DNA of 64,000 nt from an uncultured delta proteobacterium. GTDB taxonomy: Bacteria > Myxococcota_A > Polyangia > Fen-1088. Below, piece after piece: positions 17,869 through 28,355 of this stretch (position 1 is the stretch's first letter; each line of letters begins with the position of its first letter). The notes beneath the pieces are model-generated. The model was not told the origin of the DNA and searched no databases. It worked only from the letters and a program-made list of their open reading frames with translations. The position numbers and the translations under genes are program-made. The stretch spans positions 864,001-928,000 of the forward strand of contig CAVYGB010000010.1 of assembly GCA_963767925.1 (NCBI GenBank). Direction: 5' to 3'.

Positions 17869-20328
17869 ATGGCGTGGTCGCCCAATAGGTCACCCTCGGG
17901 GAAGTCACCTCCCGGTGGAGGCTCCCGCCTGCCCGCGCCCCGGCCGGGGCCGGAGCCGCCCGCGGCCGGCGCCCCGGGCAACGCCCGCCCGCGCGCGACG
18001 ACCAGCTCGCCGCCCTACCTGCTCGTCGTGGAGAGCGATCCCGAGCTGCAGCAGCGCATCGGCGAGACCCTGCGCGAGGCCCGCTACGAGCTGGCCACCG
18101 AGGCCGAGGGGGTCTGGGCCAAGCGGAGCATGCTCATCCGACCCCCCGACGCCATCATCCTCGACACCCACCTGTCGGACAGCAGCGGCTTCCAGGTGGC
18201 GGAGGCCATCCGGCGCGACCCCGAGACGGAGAAGATCCCCATCATCTTCATCGCCAGCCGTTTCCGGGGGGCCAAACATCGCACCGAGGCGCGGCGGCGC
18301 TTCGCCCCCGCCGAATACCTCACCACGCCGATCGACTTCGATTCGCTGCTGGCCTGCCTGCTCGAGACGGTGCCGCCCCGGGCGACCGAGGGGGCGCCGG
18401 TGGCCAACTACCCGGCCGCCGTGCCGGCCGATCCGGCCCAGCGCCGCGAGCGCCGCGAGGTCGAGCAGGAGGCGCGCAAGCTGAGCAGCCGGGCCTCCGG
18501 CCTGCGGGGGGCGCTGGCCCGCGAGCCCTTCGCCCGCATCCTGCAACGGATCTATTCGCGGGGCCTGACCGGGGCGCTGCTGCTGGCCCGCGACCAGGCC
18601 AAGAAGATCATCTATTTCCAGAACGGCTACCCGGTCTCGGTGCGGTCGAACCTGCTGTCCGAGTGCCTCGGTCAGATCCTGGCGGCCCGCCGGATGATCA
18701 ACGCGCAGGTGCTGGAAGAATCGCTGCGCCGGATGCGCCAGCAGAAGCGCCATCAAGGCGAGATCCTGGTGGAGATGGGGGCCCTGTCCCCCCACAACCT
18801 CGAGCGGGCGCTGCTCGCCCAGATGGAGGCCAAGCTCTACGAGATCTTCTCCTGGCGGGCCGGCAGCTTCCGCTTCAACGACGGGCGCGACGCCCCCGAC
18901 GAGCCGGTCACCCTCGACAAGAGCCCGGCCGCGATGATCCTCGAGGGGATCCGCCGTCATTACGATCTCGACCGGCAAAACGTGGTGCTCGGGCGCTTCA
19001 CCGGGCAATACCTCGCCCCCAACGAGGACCCCCGCCAGCGCCTGCAGAGCATCACCCGCGACACCGGCGAGCGCGGCTTCATCGAGAGCCTCGACGGCAC
19101 CCGCCGGCTGGAGCTGGTGCTGGCCGAGTCGCCCATCCCCGCGCCCCAGGCCCGCCTGCTGCTGGTGGCGATGGCGGAGGCGGGGATGATCGAGCCCTCG
19201 CGCACGCCCGCCCGCCGGCCCGAGGGTGAGGCCGAGCTGACCGAGTCGGCCCGGCGCACGCCCCGCCGCACCACCCCCGCCCGCAACGGTGAGGCCGAGC
19301 GCGAGCGCCGCCCCACCCCCGCCCGCGAGCGCAACGGCGACGCCGAGCGAGAGCCCCGCCGCGTGGCCCCCGCCCGCGACCGCAACGGCGAGGCCGAACG
19401 CGAGCGTCGCCCCACCCCCGCCCGCGAGCGCAACGGCGAGGCAACCGGGGAGGCCCGCCGCGAGGGGGCGCGGGAAGCCGCGCGCGAGCCCCCCCGCGAG
19501 GCAGGGCGGGCCAACCCCCGCGAAGCGACGCGCGAGCCACCCCGCGAGGTCACCCGGGAGCAGCGGCGCGAGCCGCCCCGCGCCCCCGAGCGCAGCCCGC
19601 CCCGCAACGAGAACGGCGACGACGGCATCGGGCCCCCCGAGCGCCGATCGGTGGAGGAGCTGCGGGCGCTCTACGAAGGCATCCGGTTGCTCACCCACTT
19701 CGATGCGCTCGGGGTCGGCAAGGAGGCCAGCCCGGCCGAGATCGCCCGGGCCTACGAGGAGCGGGCGCGTGAGTTTCACCCCGATCGCTTCCGGCGCCGG
19801 TCGGAGGAGGTGCGCGAGGTGGCACAGAACATCTTCGACCGCCTCACCAGCGCCAACAAAGTGCTCGCCGATCCCGCGCGCCGGAGGCGATACTTGGCGA
19901 AGGTGGAAAAGGAGCGCGCGGATCCGCCGCCCGTGCTGGTCGGTCACAGCCCACCGGCGGCGGCCGAACAGGTCTACTACGCGGGCGTCGAGTACCTGCG
20001 GCAGCGCCGTTACCGGGAGGCCGTCGAGGCCTTCGGGCGGGCGCTGGCCCTGGCGCCGGATCAGGCCAACTACCACGGCGCTCTGGGCTGGGCCCTGTTC
20101 CGGAGCGCGCCCGGCGATCCGCGGGCGGTGGCGGCCGGGCTGGCCGAGCTCGAGCAGGCGGTGAGGCTCGGGGGCCAGGACCCCTGGGTGCACGTGTCGC
20201 TCGGGCGCTTCCTGGCCGAGACGGGCGCGCCCGATCAGGCCATCGGCGAGTTCGAGACCGCCCTCCGGCTCAACCCGGCGCTGGCCGACGTGCAGGACGA
20301 GATCCGGCGGCTCCGAGGCGAAGCTTGA
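17869..20328 (+). CDS. Multidomain protein: atypical receiver + DUF4388/PATAN + DnaJ + TPR
   Basis: Receiver (LVVESD..IILD), LTGALLL..KKIIYFQNGYPV, J-domain HPD motif (FHPDRF), C-terminal TPRs; repeated RNGEAERERRPTPARE linker. Confidence 0.8.
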   Translation: MAWSPNRSPSGKSPPGGGSRLPAPRPGPEPPAAGAPGNARPRATTSSPPYLLVVESDPELQQRIGETLREARYELATEAEGVWAKRSMLIRPPDAIILDTHLSDSSGFQVAEAIRRDPETEKIPIIFIASRFRGAKHRTEARRRFAPAEYLTTPIDFDSLLACLLETVPPRATEGAPVANYPAAVPADPAQRRERREVEQEARKLSSRASGLRGALAREPFARILQRIYSRGLTGALLLARDQAKKIIYFQNGYPVSVRSNLLSECLGQILAARRMINAQVLEESLRRMRQQKRHQGEILVEMGALSPHNLERALLAQMEAKLYEIFSWRAGSFRFNDGRDAPDEPVTLDKSPAAMILEGIRRHYDLDRQNVVLGRFTGQYLAPNEDPRQRLQSITRDTGERGFIESLDGTRRLELVLAESPIPAPQARLLLVAMAEAGMIEPSRTPARRPEGEAELTESARRTPRRTTPARNGEAERERRPTPARERNGDAEREPRRVAPARDRNGEAERERRPTPARERNGEATGEARREGAREAAREPPREAGRANPREATREPPREVTREQRREPPRAPERSPPRNENGDDGIGPPERRSVEELRALYEGIRLLTHFDALGVGKEASPAEIARAYEERAREFHPDRFRRRSEEVREVAQNIFDRLTSANKVLADPARRRRYLAKVEKERADPPPVLVGHSPPAAAEQVYYAGVEYLRQRRYREAVEAFGRALALAPDQANYHGALGWALFRSAPGDPRAVAAGLAELEQAVRLGGQDPWVHVSLGRFLAETGAPDQAIGEFETALRLNPALADVQDEIRRLRGEA

Positions 20329-21251
20329 TCGCGGCCACCTCGGTCTGGCTCGACGGCCGGCTGATCCCCTTCGCCGAGGCCCAGGTTCACGTCACCGCCT
20401 TCACCCTGCACTACGGGCTGGGCGCGTTCGAGGGCCTGCGCTGCTACCGGCGCCACGACCGGCGCGCGGCCGTGTTCCGCCTGCGCGAGCACGTCGAGCG
20501 GCTGTTCGAGTCGGCGGCGGTCTGCTCGATGGCGATCCCGTTTTCGCCCGAGCAGGTCGAGGCCGCCTGCCTGGAGACGGTGCGGGCCAACCACCTCGAG
20601 GAGGGCTACATCCGGCCCCTGGTCTTCACGGGCGCCGGCGTGCTCGGCATGGGCGCGCGGGACAACCCCATCCAGGTCGCCGTCATCGCCTTCCCCTGGG
20701 CCGACGTGCTCGGCGCCGACGCCGCCGCCCGGGGCATCCGGGCCCAGGTGTCGAGCTTCGTGCGGGCCCACGTCAACTCGACGATGAGCAAGGCCAAGAT
20801 CATCGGACAATACGCCAGCTCGGTCCTGGTCAAGCGCGAGTCGCAGCGGCTGGGGTTCGACGAGGCGATCATGCTCGACGCCGGGGGCCGGGTGGCGGAG
20901 GGCAGCGCCGAGAACATCTTCATGGTCTACAAGGGCGAGCTCTGGACGCCGCCCCTCGAGCTGCCCATCCTCGGCGGCATCACCCGCGACGCCGTGTTGA
21001 CCCTGGCCCGCGAGGCGGGCCTGGCGCCGGTCGAGCGGGCCTTCACCCGAGACATGCTCTACGCGGCCAGCGAGGTGTTCCTCACCGGCACCGCCACCGA
21101 GGTCACGCCCGTGCGCGAGATCGATGGTCGGGTGGTCGGCGGAAATGTGGGCGCGACACCGGGACCGATCACCCGGAAGATCCAGCAGGCCTTCGTGGCG
21201 GCGGTGCGAGGTCCGGGCGAGCCCCATCCCGAGTGGCTCCGATACACCTGA
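20325..21251 (+). CDS. ilvE: Branched-chain amino acid aminotransferase
   Basis: LHYGLGAFEGLRCY, AKIIGQY (PLP Lys), EGSAENIF, ILGGITRD, FLTGTATEVTPV; TTG start overlaps the upstream stop. Confidence 0.93.
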   Translation: MIAATSVWLDGRLIPFAEAQVHVTAFTLHYGLGAFEGLRCYRRHDRRAAVFRLREHVERLFESAAVCSMAIPFSPEQVEAACLETVRANHLEEGYIRPLVFTGAGVLGMGARDNPIQVAVIAFPWADVLGADAAARGIRAQVSSFVRAHVNSTMSKAKIIGQYASSVLVKRESQRLGFDEAIMLDAGGRVAEGSAENIFMVYKGELWTPPLELPILGGITRDAVLTLAREAGLAPVERAFTRDMLYAASEVFLTGTATEVTPVREIDGRVVGGNVGATPGPITRKIQQAFVAAVRGPGEPHPEWLRYT

Positions 21252-21304
21252 CGTTCGCCCGCGCTTTCGAGCTATGCTGAACCTGGCAGTCGGGGAGGTG
21301 ACGT

Positions 21305-22705
21305 TTGGCGGACATCAAGTGCGCCCACTGCGGCCAGTCGCACGCGGAGGGGACCAAGTTCTGCCCCCTGACCGGCAAGCAGATCGGGCCGCCGGTCTCG
21401 GGCAAGGCGACGATGATCATGTTCCAGCCGCCCGGCCCGGGGGGCCCGGGGGCCCCGCCGCCCAACGGGGCGAGCGGGGGGCCGCTCCGCTCCGCCACGC
21501 CCGCCGGCGTCGCCACCCCTGCCCGCCTCAACACGCCCTCGCAGACGCGGGTCAATACCCCTTCGGGCTCGCCCCATCGCACCAACTCGCCGGCCGGCGG
21601 CTCGCCCGCGCTCGGTGAGCGCCTGTCGCGCATGACCCCCGGGGTCGGCGTGCGGGTGCCCAACGTGCCGCCCCCGCCGGTCGCCGCCGACAGCGTCCCG
21701 CCACCGGTGGCCCCCGTGCCCACGCCCCTGCCCGCCCCCGGCAGCGGCGCCGCCTCGGGTCCGGGGGCGGGGCGCAACCCCGACATGCCCGACTGGGTGG
21801 CCGACCCCGAGGACGCCCGGGTGTCCTTCACCTCGGCGGTGTTCCCCGCCCTCAACGCGCCGGAGAAGGGCGTCGTCGACCTCCTCAGCGACGCCTTCAA
21901 GCTCTACCGCCGCCACGCGCGCGACTTCCTGCTGACGGCCGCCATCCTCTTTGCGCCGGGGGCCCTCATCAGCTCGCTGGCCCTGGCCCTCATCACCGCC
22001 CCCCTGCGCGCGTCGACGGCGGCGATGGAGGCGGCCCTGGCCAACGATCCGGCGGCGGGCGCGGCGCTGGCCGGCGCCGCCATGGGCGGGGTGTTCGCGG
22101 CCGTGCTGCAGATGCTGGGCTGGGCGGTGGTGGCGCTCATCGTGTACGGCATCGTCATCCCCCTCACCCTCGGCACCCTCACCATCGCGGTGGCGGATCG
22201 GGCCCTCGGCGGCCACAGCAGCCCCTGGGAATACTGGCGCATGTTGCTCGGCCACCTGCCCCGGCTGCTGGGTGCGCTGCTGCCCGCCGCCCTGCTGTGC
22301 ATGGTCGGCTACTTCTTCTTCGTGCTGCCGGGCGTGGTGCTCTCGTTCCTGTTCGTGTTCGTCCCGGCGGTGGTGCTGACCGAGAAGAAGGCGGGGACCG
22401 ACGCGCTCAGGCGCAGCGCCCGGCTCGTGCGGGTGGAGTGGCTCAAGGTGGCGGTCGTGCTCATCACCTTCGGCATCATCAACCTGATCGCCAACGTTCT
22501 GGCGGCCGTGCTGATCCCCGACGGTCTGTTCCTGCTCGAGCGGGTGCTCGGCGACCTGGTCACGCTGGTGCTGCTACCCCTGCCCGTCCTCGCCGCCGTG
22601 CTGCTCTACCTCGACCTGCGCCGGCGGACCGAGGGGCTGGACCGGGAGGCCCTGCGCAGCGAGCTCGACACGCTCCGCACCCCAGCCGGGGAAGAGCCCG
22701 GTTAG
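21305..22705 (+). CDS. Zinc-ribbon + Pro-rich linker + membrane domain protein
   Basis: CAHCG...KFCPLTG zinc ribbon; several TM helices in the C-terminal half; SD GGAGGT before TTG. Confidence 0.75.
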   Translation: MADIKCAHCGQSHAEGTKFCPLTGKQIGPPVSGKATMIMFQPPGPGGPGAPPPNGASGGPLRSATPAGVATPARLNTPSQTRVNTPSGSPHRTNSPAGGSPALGERLSRMTPGVGVRVPNVPPPPVAADSVPPPVAPVPTPLPAPGSGAASGPGAGRNPDMPDWVADPEDARVSFTSAVFPALNAPEKGVVDLLSDAFKLYRRHARDFLLTAAILFAPGALISSLALALITAPLRASTAAMEAALANDPAAGAALAGAAMGGVFAAVLQMLGWAVVALIVYGIVIPLTLGTLTIAVADRALGGHSSPWEYWRMLLGHLPRLLGALLPAALLCMVGYFFFVLPGVVLSFLFVFVPAVVLTEKKAGTDALRRSARLVRVEWLKVAVVLITFGIINLIANVLAAVLIPDGLFLLERVLGDLVTLVLLPLPVLAAVLLYLDLRRRTEGLDREALRSELDTLRTPAGEEPG

Positions 22706-22717
22706 CTGGGGGGGCGC

Positions 22718-22805
22718 TGGAGGAGAGAGAGGGATTCGAACCCTCGGTACCTCACGGTACACACGATTTCCAATCGTGCGCCTTCGACCACTCGGCCATC
22801 TCTCC
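22718..22805 (-). tRNA. tRNA-Ser(GGA)
   Basis: GGAGAGATGGCCGAGTGGTCGAAGGC, anticodon arm CACGA-TTGGAAA-TCGTG, long variable arm, GGGTTCGAATCCC, encoded CCA. Confidence 0.97.
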
Positions 22806-22849
22806 AGTCGTTCCGGGAGCCCTCGGACGATTCCAGACCTCGGATTTCT

Positions 22850-22939
22850 TGGAGGAGAGAGTGGGAGTCGAACCCACGTTGGGCGCAAACCCAAACCTGA
22901 TTTCGAATCAGGCGCCTTCGACCACTCGGCCATCTCTCC
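22850..22939 (-). tRNA. tRNA-Ser(CGA)
   Basis: Anticodon arm CCTGA-TTCGAAA-TCAGG, long variable arm, GGGTTCGACTCCC, encoded CCA. Confidence 0.97.
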
Positions 22940-23175
22940 GTAATGATTTCGCGCACTTATCGGACTACTTCCCTGCCGGTTCCTTCCAATGATCTGGCGT
23001 TTGATTCGATGTCCGCCGGTTTACCGTCCGCCGGAGGCCGCAATATTTAGCACCAGCCACGGCCGCGCGGCGACAGAAACATCAGGAAATCGCGGACGTG
23101 CATCCACCGAGGCAGCCGCGGAAGAAGCTCGGGGAACCGCTCCCCGCCGATCGCTGGCTGGACGATGGCGCTGGG

Positions 23176-23426
23176 CTACCCCTCGCCGGCCATGGCGAGG
23201 ATCCGTTGCCTCAACGCCGGCGCCACACGAAAGCCAAGCCCCTGCAGGCGGTCGAGGGCCGGGGCCACCGCCTCCACAGGTCGTAGCCGAGCTCGCGACC
23301 GACCCGCAGCTCTCGATCGACGTCCGCGGGCACCAGGACCCGGCCGAGGAGGGCGGGCATGAGATCGATGAGGCCTGCCCGGTGCAGGTAGCTGAGCGGC
23401 GAGGTGTTCGCGATGTACTCAGCCAC
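23176..23426 (-). pseudogene. DUF3368 family PIN-like toxin with internal deletion and frameshift
   Basis: N-terminus IANTSPLSYLHRAGLIDL...VPADVDREL joins, out of frame, the C-terminus VEAVAPALDRLQGLGFRVAPALRQRILAMAGEG*; the middle part is missing. Confidence 0.75.
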
Positions 23427-23688
23427 CGAGCGAGCGTTCGAGGGCGTCCTGGTCGCGCTCGAAATCGTCCGGCGACGTCCGGAAGACGTCGATGTTGAAG
23501 TCCTTCAGCTTGTGGAGAAACTCCACCTTGCCGATGCCAGCCAGGTCGGCGGCCGCGCCGGCCGACAACCGATCGAGCTCGTACGCCTTCATTGCCGCCA
23601 GCAGCCGCAGCTCGGCCCCGATGGCCTCACGCGGTACGGCGAGCGCCTCGACGGAGCTCTCCGGGATGTCCAGCCGGACTTCACACAC
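23419..23688 (-). CDS. UPF0175 family protein (putative antitoxin)
   Basis: ELRLLAAMKAYELDRLSAGAAADLAGIGKVEFLHKL; overlaps the DUF3368 gene. Confidence 0.85.
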   Translation of the reverse strand: MCEVRLDIPESSVEALAVPREAIGAELRLLAAMKAYELDRLSAGAAADLAGIGKVEFLHKLKDFNIDVFRTSPDDFERDQDALERSLGG

Positions 23689-23813
23689 GATGTGTCAGTT
23701 AACACGCACCCGGCCGGGTGCTCCGAAGGCCGCCAGGGGTCGGGGGGTGGTCGGCCTGGTGGGGGGCGGGGGGGTGCTGTAGAAGGGGTGGCCCTTGGGG
23801 GGCGTGGGACCAC

Positions 23814-25103
23814 GTGACTCGAAGCTCTGCCTCGCCCGGGGCGCCGCCGGCGGCGACCCGCACCCGGTACACGGTCGTCGGGCTGGCCGTGTTGCTGGCC
23901 ATGGTGACCTACCTCGACCGGGCCTGCCTGGGGACGCTGGCCCCCGCCATCATGCGGGACCTGGCGCTGAGCAAGGAGCAGATGAGCTACGTGTACAGCG
24001 CCTTCGCGCTGGCCTACGCGGCCTTCGAGATCCCCACCGCCTGGTGGGCCGACCGCCACGGCACCCGCAAGGTGCTCGCCCGCATCGTCGTCTGGTGGTC
24101 GGCCTTCACCATGGCCACCGCGGCGGCCTTCAGCCTGGCCTCGCTGGTGACCATCCGCTTCCTGTTCGGGGCGGGCGAGGCCGGGGCCTGGCCCAGCGTG
24201 GCCCGCACCTTCTCGCGCTGGATCCCCCGGGCGGAGCGGGGGCGCATCCAGGGGATCTTCTTCGCCGGCGCCCACCTCGCGGGCGGGGTCACCCCGGCCA
24301 TCGCCCTCGCCCTCCTGCAGGTGACGACCTGGCGGATGGTGTTCCTGATCTTCGGCGCGCTGGGGCTGGTCTGGGCGGCGGTCTGGTACCGCTGGTTCCG
24401 CGACGAGCCGGGCGACCACCCGGAGGTGAACGCGGCGGAGCTCGCGCGCATCGTGGAGGGCCGCCCGCCCGACCGCCCCCACCGCACCGACCTCCGCTTC
24501 TGGCGGCGGCTGTTCGGCCAGCGCAACGTCCTCGCCCTCTGCGTGATGTATGCCCCCAACAGCTACGCCTTCTACTTCTGCATCACCTGGCTGCCGACCT
24601 ACCTGCGGGAAAAACATGGCTTCGACCAGGCGTCGCTGGCCCTCTTCTCCGGCTTGCCCCTGCTGCTCGCCGTGCTCGGCGATCTGTTCGGCGGGCTGGC
24701 CACCGATCTGGTGACCGCCCGCTTCGGCCTGCGGGCGGGGCGGGCCGCGGTGGGGGCGCTGGCCTACCTGGCGGCGGGGGCGGCGATGATCGCCGCCACC
24801 TTGACCGCCCGGCCCCTGCTGGCCGCCAGCCTCGTCGCCGTCGCGGTCGGCGCCAGCATGTTCACCCTGGCCCCCGCCTGGGGCACCTGCCAGGACATCG
24901 GGGGCAGCGACGCCGGCGTGGTGAGCGCGGCCATGAACACCTCCGGGCAGGTGAGCAGCATCTTCAGCCCGATCCTGGTGACCTACCTGCTGGCAAAGCT
25001 GGGGGACTGGAACGCCCCCCTGCTCGTCATGGGCGCGCTGTTCCTGGTGGGCGCCGCCGCCTGGGCCTTCATCGACCCGCGCCAGCGGGTGTTCGCCACC
25101 TGA
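23814..25103 (+). CDS. MFS transporter (anion:cation symporter / sugar-acid type)
   Basis: [43 protein letters not shown] motifs; about 12 TM segments. Confidence 0.9.
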   Translation: MTRSSASPGAPPAATRTRYTVVGLAVLLAMVTYLDRACLGTLAPAIMRDLALSKEQMSYVYSAFALAYAAFEIPTAWWADRHGTRKVLARIVVWWSAFTMATAAAFSLASLVTIRFLFGAGEAGAWPSVARTFSRWIPRAERGRIQGIFFAGAHLAGGVTPAIALALLQVTTWRMVFLIFGALGLVWAAVWYRWFRDEPGDHPEVNAAELARIVEGRPPDRPHRTDLRFWRRLFGQRNVLALCVMYAPNSYAFYFCITWLPTYLREKHGFDQASLALFSGLPLLLAVLGDLFGGLATDLVTARFGLRAGRAAVGALAYLAAGAAMIAATLTARPLLAASLVAVAVGASMFTLAPAWGTCQDIGGSDAGVVSAAMNTSGQVSSIFSPILVTYLLAKLGDWNAPLLVMGALFLVGAAAWAFIDPRQRVFAT

Positions 25104-25110
25104 GCGCCGC

Positions 25111-26171
25111 TCACTTTCCGGCCGAGAGCTGGGTGCCGGTCAGGCGCAGGCGCAGCCCCCGGAAGCGCTTCTGGGCGGGATCTTCCAGGTCCTTGCAGCG
25201 GACGCCGCCGGTCTGGACGCCGCCGTCGTCGCTGAACAGCATGATCTCCTCGCCGTCCTCGGGGGTGAAGAAGGCCTCGGGGTTGAAGCCCTCGAGGTGC
25301 ACCGAGGTGAGGCGGGAGGCGGGGCCCTTTCCGTCCCAGGAATACAGGTGCGAGGTGCCGCCGTCGCCGTGGTCGCCCGCGACGATGAGGTAGCGGCTGC
25401 GCCACCAGGACAGCGAGCGGATGCCCTGCCCGCCGAGATCGAGCAGCACCGGCTCGCCGAGCTGCGCCCGCTGCCCCCGCACCACCTCGCGGGGGTTGAG
25501 CAGGGGGACCACCAGCGCCTTGCCCTGGGGGATGGGGTTGCGGAAGCCGATGAACATGGCCTTGTCGTCGGGGGTGGCGGTGAGCCCCTCGATGTTGAGG
25601 CCGTTGGCCTCCTTCGGCGGGCGCTCGGCGGCCGACCGGAGATCGAAGCGGCGCAGGCCCTCCGACGAGAGCAGATCGTCGAGCAGCGACAGGTAGGGCT
25701 GCCCGATCACCTGGACCGCCTGGCCGAGCCGGGGCTCCGAGGTGGCGAACAGGATGTAGCGGGCGTCCTGCATCTTGCCCTTGCTGTTGCGCCCGTGCGA
25801 GGTGAGCCAGTAGGCGGTGCCGTCGAACGAGGTGGCCGCCTCGAGGTCGGTCTCCGGGCTCTTCTTCGGCTTCTTTGGCTTGCTTGGATCTTGGCCGGCT
25901 TATCGACCTTGTCCTTTTTGCGCAGGGGCAGCGCCGGCGAGAGATCGACCATCCGGAGCGGAGGGCCACCTCGGTCCACGTCGTAGACGCGGAGGATGCT
26001 GTCCTCGTCGTCGGCGACGGCGAAGGTCCGCGAGTCGAGGGGGACCGCCGCCGAGGCGTCGCACATGCCCTCGAAGACGACGGTGCTGGGCTTCTCGGGG
26101 GCGGCGGCGGCGCGCCCGGCCGGGGCCGCCAGGAGGACAGCGATGGTCAGGAACAGCGTTGAGTTGCTCAT
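25111..26171 (-). pseudogene. DUF3616-like secreted beta-propeller protein with one frameshift
   Basis: Signal peptide and MCDASAA..FAVADDED in one frame; ETDLEAAT..AYWLTSHGRN..NIEGL..IGFRNP in another; junction at about 25860-25900. Confidence 0.7.
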
Positions 26172-26245
26172 GGTCCCTCTCATCATGCTGCCAATCTCGC
26201 CGGGCGCACGTCCGGCCCCGCTGTCGGTTCGGCCGCCATTAGGTC

Positions 26246-27556
26246 CTACCGGTCCGGCAAGGCCGGGATCTGCAGGAGGAAGCGGGTTCCGACCGGCACC
26301 GGCGCGATGACGAGCGAGCCGCCCAGGGCGCGGGCCACGGTGTGGGCCAGCGGCAGCCCCAGGCCGAACCCCTCGGACTGTCCCCGAGCCAGACCACCCC
26401 GGAAAAACGGCTCGAACACGCGGCCCCGCAGCTCGGGCGGGATCCCGGGGCCGGCGTCCTCGACCTCGAGCTGCGCCATCCCGGCGCGCTCGGTCACCGC
26501 GATCCGCACCGGCGTGCCGGCCGGCGCGTGCTTGAACGCGTTGTCGACGAGGTTGGCGACCGCCCGGGCCAGCAGCCGCTCGTCCGAGGCGACGAGCACC
26601 TCGTCGGGTGCCTCGACCGCGAGCGGCCGCGGCGGATAACCCGCCGCCACCCGGGCCACCTCCTCGCGGGTGAGGTCGGCCAGGTTGACCACCTCGAGGG
26701 CGCTGTGCTCGAGCGGCCCCTGCGAGCGGGCCAGCCAGAGCAAGGCCTCGACAAGCCGGATCAGCCCGTCGACGGCGGCGAGGGCGCGCCGGGCCGGGCC
26801 GCCGGGGGGCTCGTCGCGGGTCAAGCCCTCGACCTCGCCGCGCAGCACGGTGAGCGGCGTCTTCAGCTCGTGCGAGGCCTCGGCGGCGAAGCGGCGCTCG
26901 CTGGCGAGGGCGTCCTCGACCCGCACCAGCAGGTCGTTGAAGCTGCGGGCGAGCAGATCGAGCTCCTGGTAAGCCGGCCCCTGCGGCACCCGCTGGCCGG
27001 TCCCCGGCTGCAAGGTGGCGACGTCGGTGGCCATGGTCGACAGGCCGGTCAGCGCCCGGCGCGTGATGAACCGGCTCGAGGCCAGCGCCGCCAGAGTCAG
27101 GAAGAGGGCGATCACCGCGCTGGCCGCCAGGAACAGGTCGCGGTCGCGCAGCCCGTCCTCCCGGGAGATGCCGGCCAGGATGTTCAGCCCGGCGGCGTGG
27201 GCCTCGCAGACCCGGTACATGCCCTCGTTGCGGCAGCCCTCGCCGAGGGCCCGCAGGCGGGGCCCCTTGCCGTCGGCGCCGAGCACCGTGCCGGCCCCGT
27301 CCTGCAGCTCGATGCGCACGCCGATGGGGCGGTGCTCCTCCATCTCGTCCATCACCCATTTCGGCCCTTGCTTGCGCTCGAGCCGCCGCTCGGCGCGTTT
27401 GTCCCCCACCTCACACAGGGCCCGCAGCCCCTGGTCCCAGCTCCGGGTGAGCACGAAGGTCACCGCCGCGAAGGAGAGGAGCAACATGGCGCCGAGGGCG
27501 CCCAGCACCACCGCGAGCTGCACCAGGGCCATGCGCCCCACCAGCGTGCGAATCAC
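26246..27556 (-). CDS. Sensor histidine kinase (HAMP, HisKA, HATPase)
   Basis: ASHELKTPL, NLVDNAFKH, EDAGPGIP, GFGLGL; GTG start overlaps the response regulator stop. Confidence 0.92.
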   Translation of the reverse strand: MIRTLVGRMALVQLAVVLGALGAMLLLSFAAVTFVLTRSWDQGLRALCEVGDKRAERRLERKQGPKWVMDEMEEHRPIGVRIELQDGAGTVLGADGKGPRLRALGEGCRNEGMYRVCEAHAAGLNILAGISREDGLRDRDLFLAASAVIALFLTLAALASSRFITRRALTGLSTMATDVATLQPGTGQRVPQGPAYQELDLLARSFNDLLVRVEDALASERRFAAEASHELKTPLTVLRGEVEGLTRDEPPGGPARRALAAVDGLIRLVEALLWLARSQGPLEHSALEVVNLADLTREEVARVAAGYPPRPLAVEAPDEVLVASDERLLARAVANLVDNAFKHAPAGTPVRIAVTERAGMAQLEVEDAGPGIPPELRGRVFEPFFRGGLARGQSEGFGLGLPLAHTVARALGGSLVIAPVPVGTRFLLQIPALPDR

Positions 27557-28218
27557 CGGTCGAGCTCCAGCAGGTAGCCCACGTTGCGGATGGTGCGCAC
27601 GGGGGCGGCGGGGCCGCCGAGCTTGCGGCGGACCCGGGTGATCAGCACCTCGAAGCTGGCCCGCGAGGACTCGGTGGCCTCGCCCCACACCGCCTCGATC
27701 AGCTCGTCCCGCTTCATCACCGCGCCCCCCCGCAGGGCGAGGGCCTCGACGATGGCCAGCTCGCGGGCGGTGAGCGGCACCGGCACCCCATCTTTGAAGA
27801 CCCGGCGCCGTACGAGATCGATGGTGATGGCCCCCGCCTGCAGGCGGGCCTCGCGCAGGGCCGGGCCCCGGCGGGCGAGGGCCCGCACCCGCGACAGCAG
27901 CTCGGCCACCGCGAAGGGCTTGGCCAGGTAGTCGTCGGCCCCGGCGTCGAGGCCAGTGACGCGGTCACGCACGTCGCCCCGGGCGGTCAGCAGCAGGACC
28001 GGCGTCGACAGCCCCCGGGCCCGCATCCCGGCGCACAGATCCACGCCCGAGCCGTCGGGGAGCATCACGTCGAGCACGATCACGTCGGGCGGCCGGGCCA
28101 GCAGGGCGTTCGCCTCGGCGCAGGAGCCGGCCTCCTGCACGACGTGCCCCTCCCCTTCGAGCCTCCTGCGGATGAGCGCGCGGGTCTGCGCGTGGTCGTC
28201 GATGACGAGCACCCTCAC
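27553..28218 (-). CDS. OmpR-family response regulator
   Basis: VLVIDD, VLDVMLPD, LTAR, GADDYLAKPF, winged helix LTARE..RTIRNVGY. Confidence 0.95.
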   Translation of the reverse strand: MRVLVIDDHAQTRALIRRRLEGEGHVVQEAGSCAEANALLARPPDVIVLDVMLPDGSGVDLCAGMRARGLSTPVLLLTARGDVRDRVTGLDAGADDYLAKPFAVAELLSRVRALARRGPALREARLQAGAITIDLVRRRVFKDGVPVPLTARELAIVEALALRGGAVMKRDELIEAVWGEATESSRASFEVLITRVRRKLGGPAAPVRTIRNVGYLLELDR

Positions 28219-28355
28219 GGGCCAGGAGCTTACCCCGTCCAGCCGAACGGCAACCGAACGGCGCGGGCTGCTGACAAGCTCGGTTTAGTCGGCCGGTGCG
28301 CCCGGACGTGCCGGGCCGGAAGCCACCTTTTCCACGGGCTGCCAGGGAAGAGGGC

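Noticed and set aside
17775..17981. N-terminal extension of GlmU to 540 aa
   Set aside because: Overlaps the divergent gene and promoter region; homology begins near GTG 17774
22718..23700. tRNA-anchored genomic island
   Set aside because: No integrase and no duplicated tRNA 3' end; the TA pair lies on the 5' side of the tRNAs
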